This document shows positions 63,344 to 64,000 of a stretch of 64,000 nucleotides of DNA, one piece after another. The translations under genes and the position numbers were made by a program. How positions within the stretch are numbered: the stretch's first letter is position 1; each line of letters starts with the position of its first letter. This DNA comes from an uncultured virus (IMG/VR IMGVR_UViG_3300008954_002234) (taxonomy: Duplodnaviria > Heunggongvirae > Uroviricota > Caudoviricetes). Where the stretch lies: the IMG/VR virus record IMGVR_UViG_3300008954_002234; one strand, written 5' to 3'. The notes under the pieces were generated by a model, which saw only the letters and a program-made list of their open reading frames with translations, had not been told where the DNA came from and ran no database searches.

Positions 63344-64000
63344 TTATTTGTGATAGCTTAAAAACAAATCAAGATCTTCCGGGGTTCCTAATCCCCACAT
63401 TTTATCTATCTCGTAAACCTTGACTTTTTGTCCATCTCCTATAGCCTCATTAAAAACTGGACAAACATAAAACTCTCCATTTATTCTAATATCTTTATTG
63501 ATCATTTGTTCTGCATATTTTACATAATCAGAACCTTTAGCCCAGAAATAAATTCCAACAGTAGCTATATCGCTTATAGGTTTTTTCTCTGCAACTTCAG
63601 AAACGAAGCCTTGATCGTTTAGTTTTGCATAGCTCCACTTAGGATGCGTAGATTTAAAAGTTAAAATTCCTGCATCAATTGTGTCAGCGGTCATAGAATA
63701 CATAAATTCATTACTGTTCCATTCAGCAAGTTGGTCTGAATTTGCTATTAATAATGGTTTGTTATTATTTATTAGTTCTTTGGCTAGGAGCGTAGTGCAT
63801 GCGGCTCCTTCTGTAACTCCCTCAACCTGCACGATTTCACAGTTAGGAGAAATAAGAGACAGGGTCTCTTTTAAATTATACTTTTCGTAGTGAGTTTTTT
63901 GGACTATAAAAATGTGCTTTGCTTCGATATTAAGGTTATCAACAACTTGTTGTATCATAGGTTTACCATTAACTTCAATTAAAGGCTTAGGGAAAGTAAA
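63344..64000 (-). CDS. Sugar-nucleotidyltransferase (5'-partial)
   Basis: Frame is open to the window edge (FTFPKPLIEVNGKPMI); TEGAA, ANSD, EKKPIS, GLGTPEDL. Confidence 0.88.
   Translation of the reverse strand, partial: FTFPKPLIEVNGKPMIQQVVDNLNIEAKHIFIVQKTHYEKYNLKETLSLISPNCEIVQVEGVTEGAACTTLLAKELINNNKPLLIANSDQLAEWNSNEFMYSMTADTIDAGILTFKSTHPKWSYAKLNDQGFVSEVAEKKPISDIATVGIYFWAKGSDYVKYAEQMINKDIRINGEFYVCPVFNEAIGDGQKVKVYEIDKMWGLGTPEDLDLFLSYHK

Noticed and set aside
18816..63890. Numerous short + strand ORFs opposite the main genes
   Set aside because: They are antisense shadows of well-supported - strand genes with no motif support.
1..64000. Alternative genetic code (stop-codon reassignment)
   Set aside because: Conserved genes are full length in the standard code, all three stops are used, and no suppressor tRNA was seen.

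Overview
This window is a segment of a large lytic dsDNA bacteriophage genome. No structural genes, integrase, CRISPR array or rRNA are visible. The host is inferred to be a Verrucomicrobia/PVC-group bacterium, from DUF1559-like H-X9-DG prepilins, a GspC/PilP-like protein and EF-hand and FN3 exported proteins. Most genes lie on the - strand. These include a replication block (RecA, DnaB, DnaG, a PD-(D/E)XK nuclease, and a DnaE split into PHP, DEDDh exonuclease and core genes with an HNH gene inserted), NrdJ, ThyX, Ppa, rIIA/rIIB, a RuvB-like ATPase, many sugar-nucleotide and glycan-modification genes, a pilin cluster and three tRNAs (Cys-GCA, Arg-TCT, Ile2-CAT). The standout part is an early/host-takeover-like island at about 6.8-17.8 kb. 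It holds about 20 near-consensus sigma70 promoters driving nearly leaderless small ORFs and is punctuated by nine copies of a rigid 76-bp element (27-bp palindrome, 22-bp asymmetric GC-rich spacer, 27-bp palindrome). The element carries IHF-consensus half-sites, sits in helical phase with the next promoter, often supplies the upstream stop codon, and flips orientation with transcription. The same island holds two covarying copies of an apparently unnamed three-stem RNA motif and an unannotated ArfA-like peptide. A separate RNA of about 200 nt ending in CCA lies next to recA. All family assignments come from motif recognition by eye; no database searches were run.
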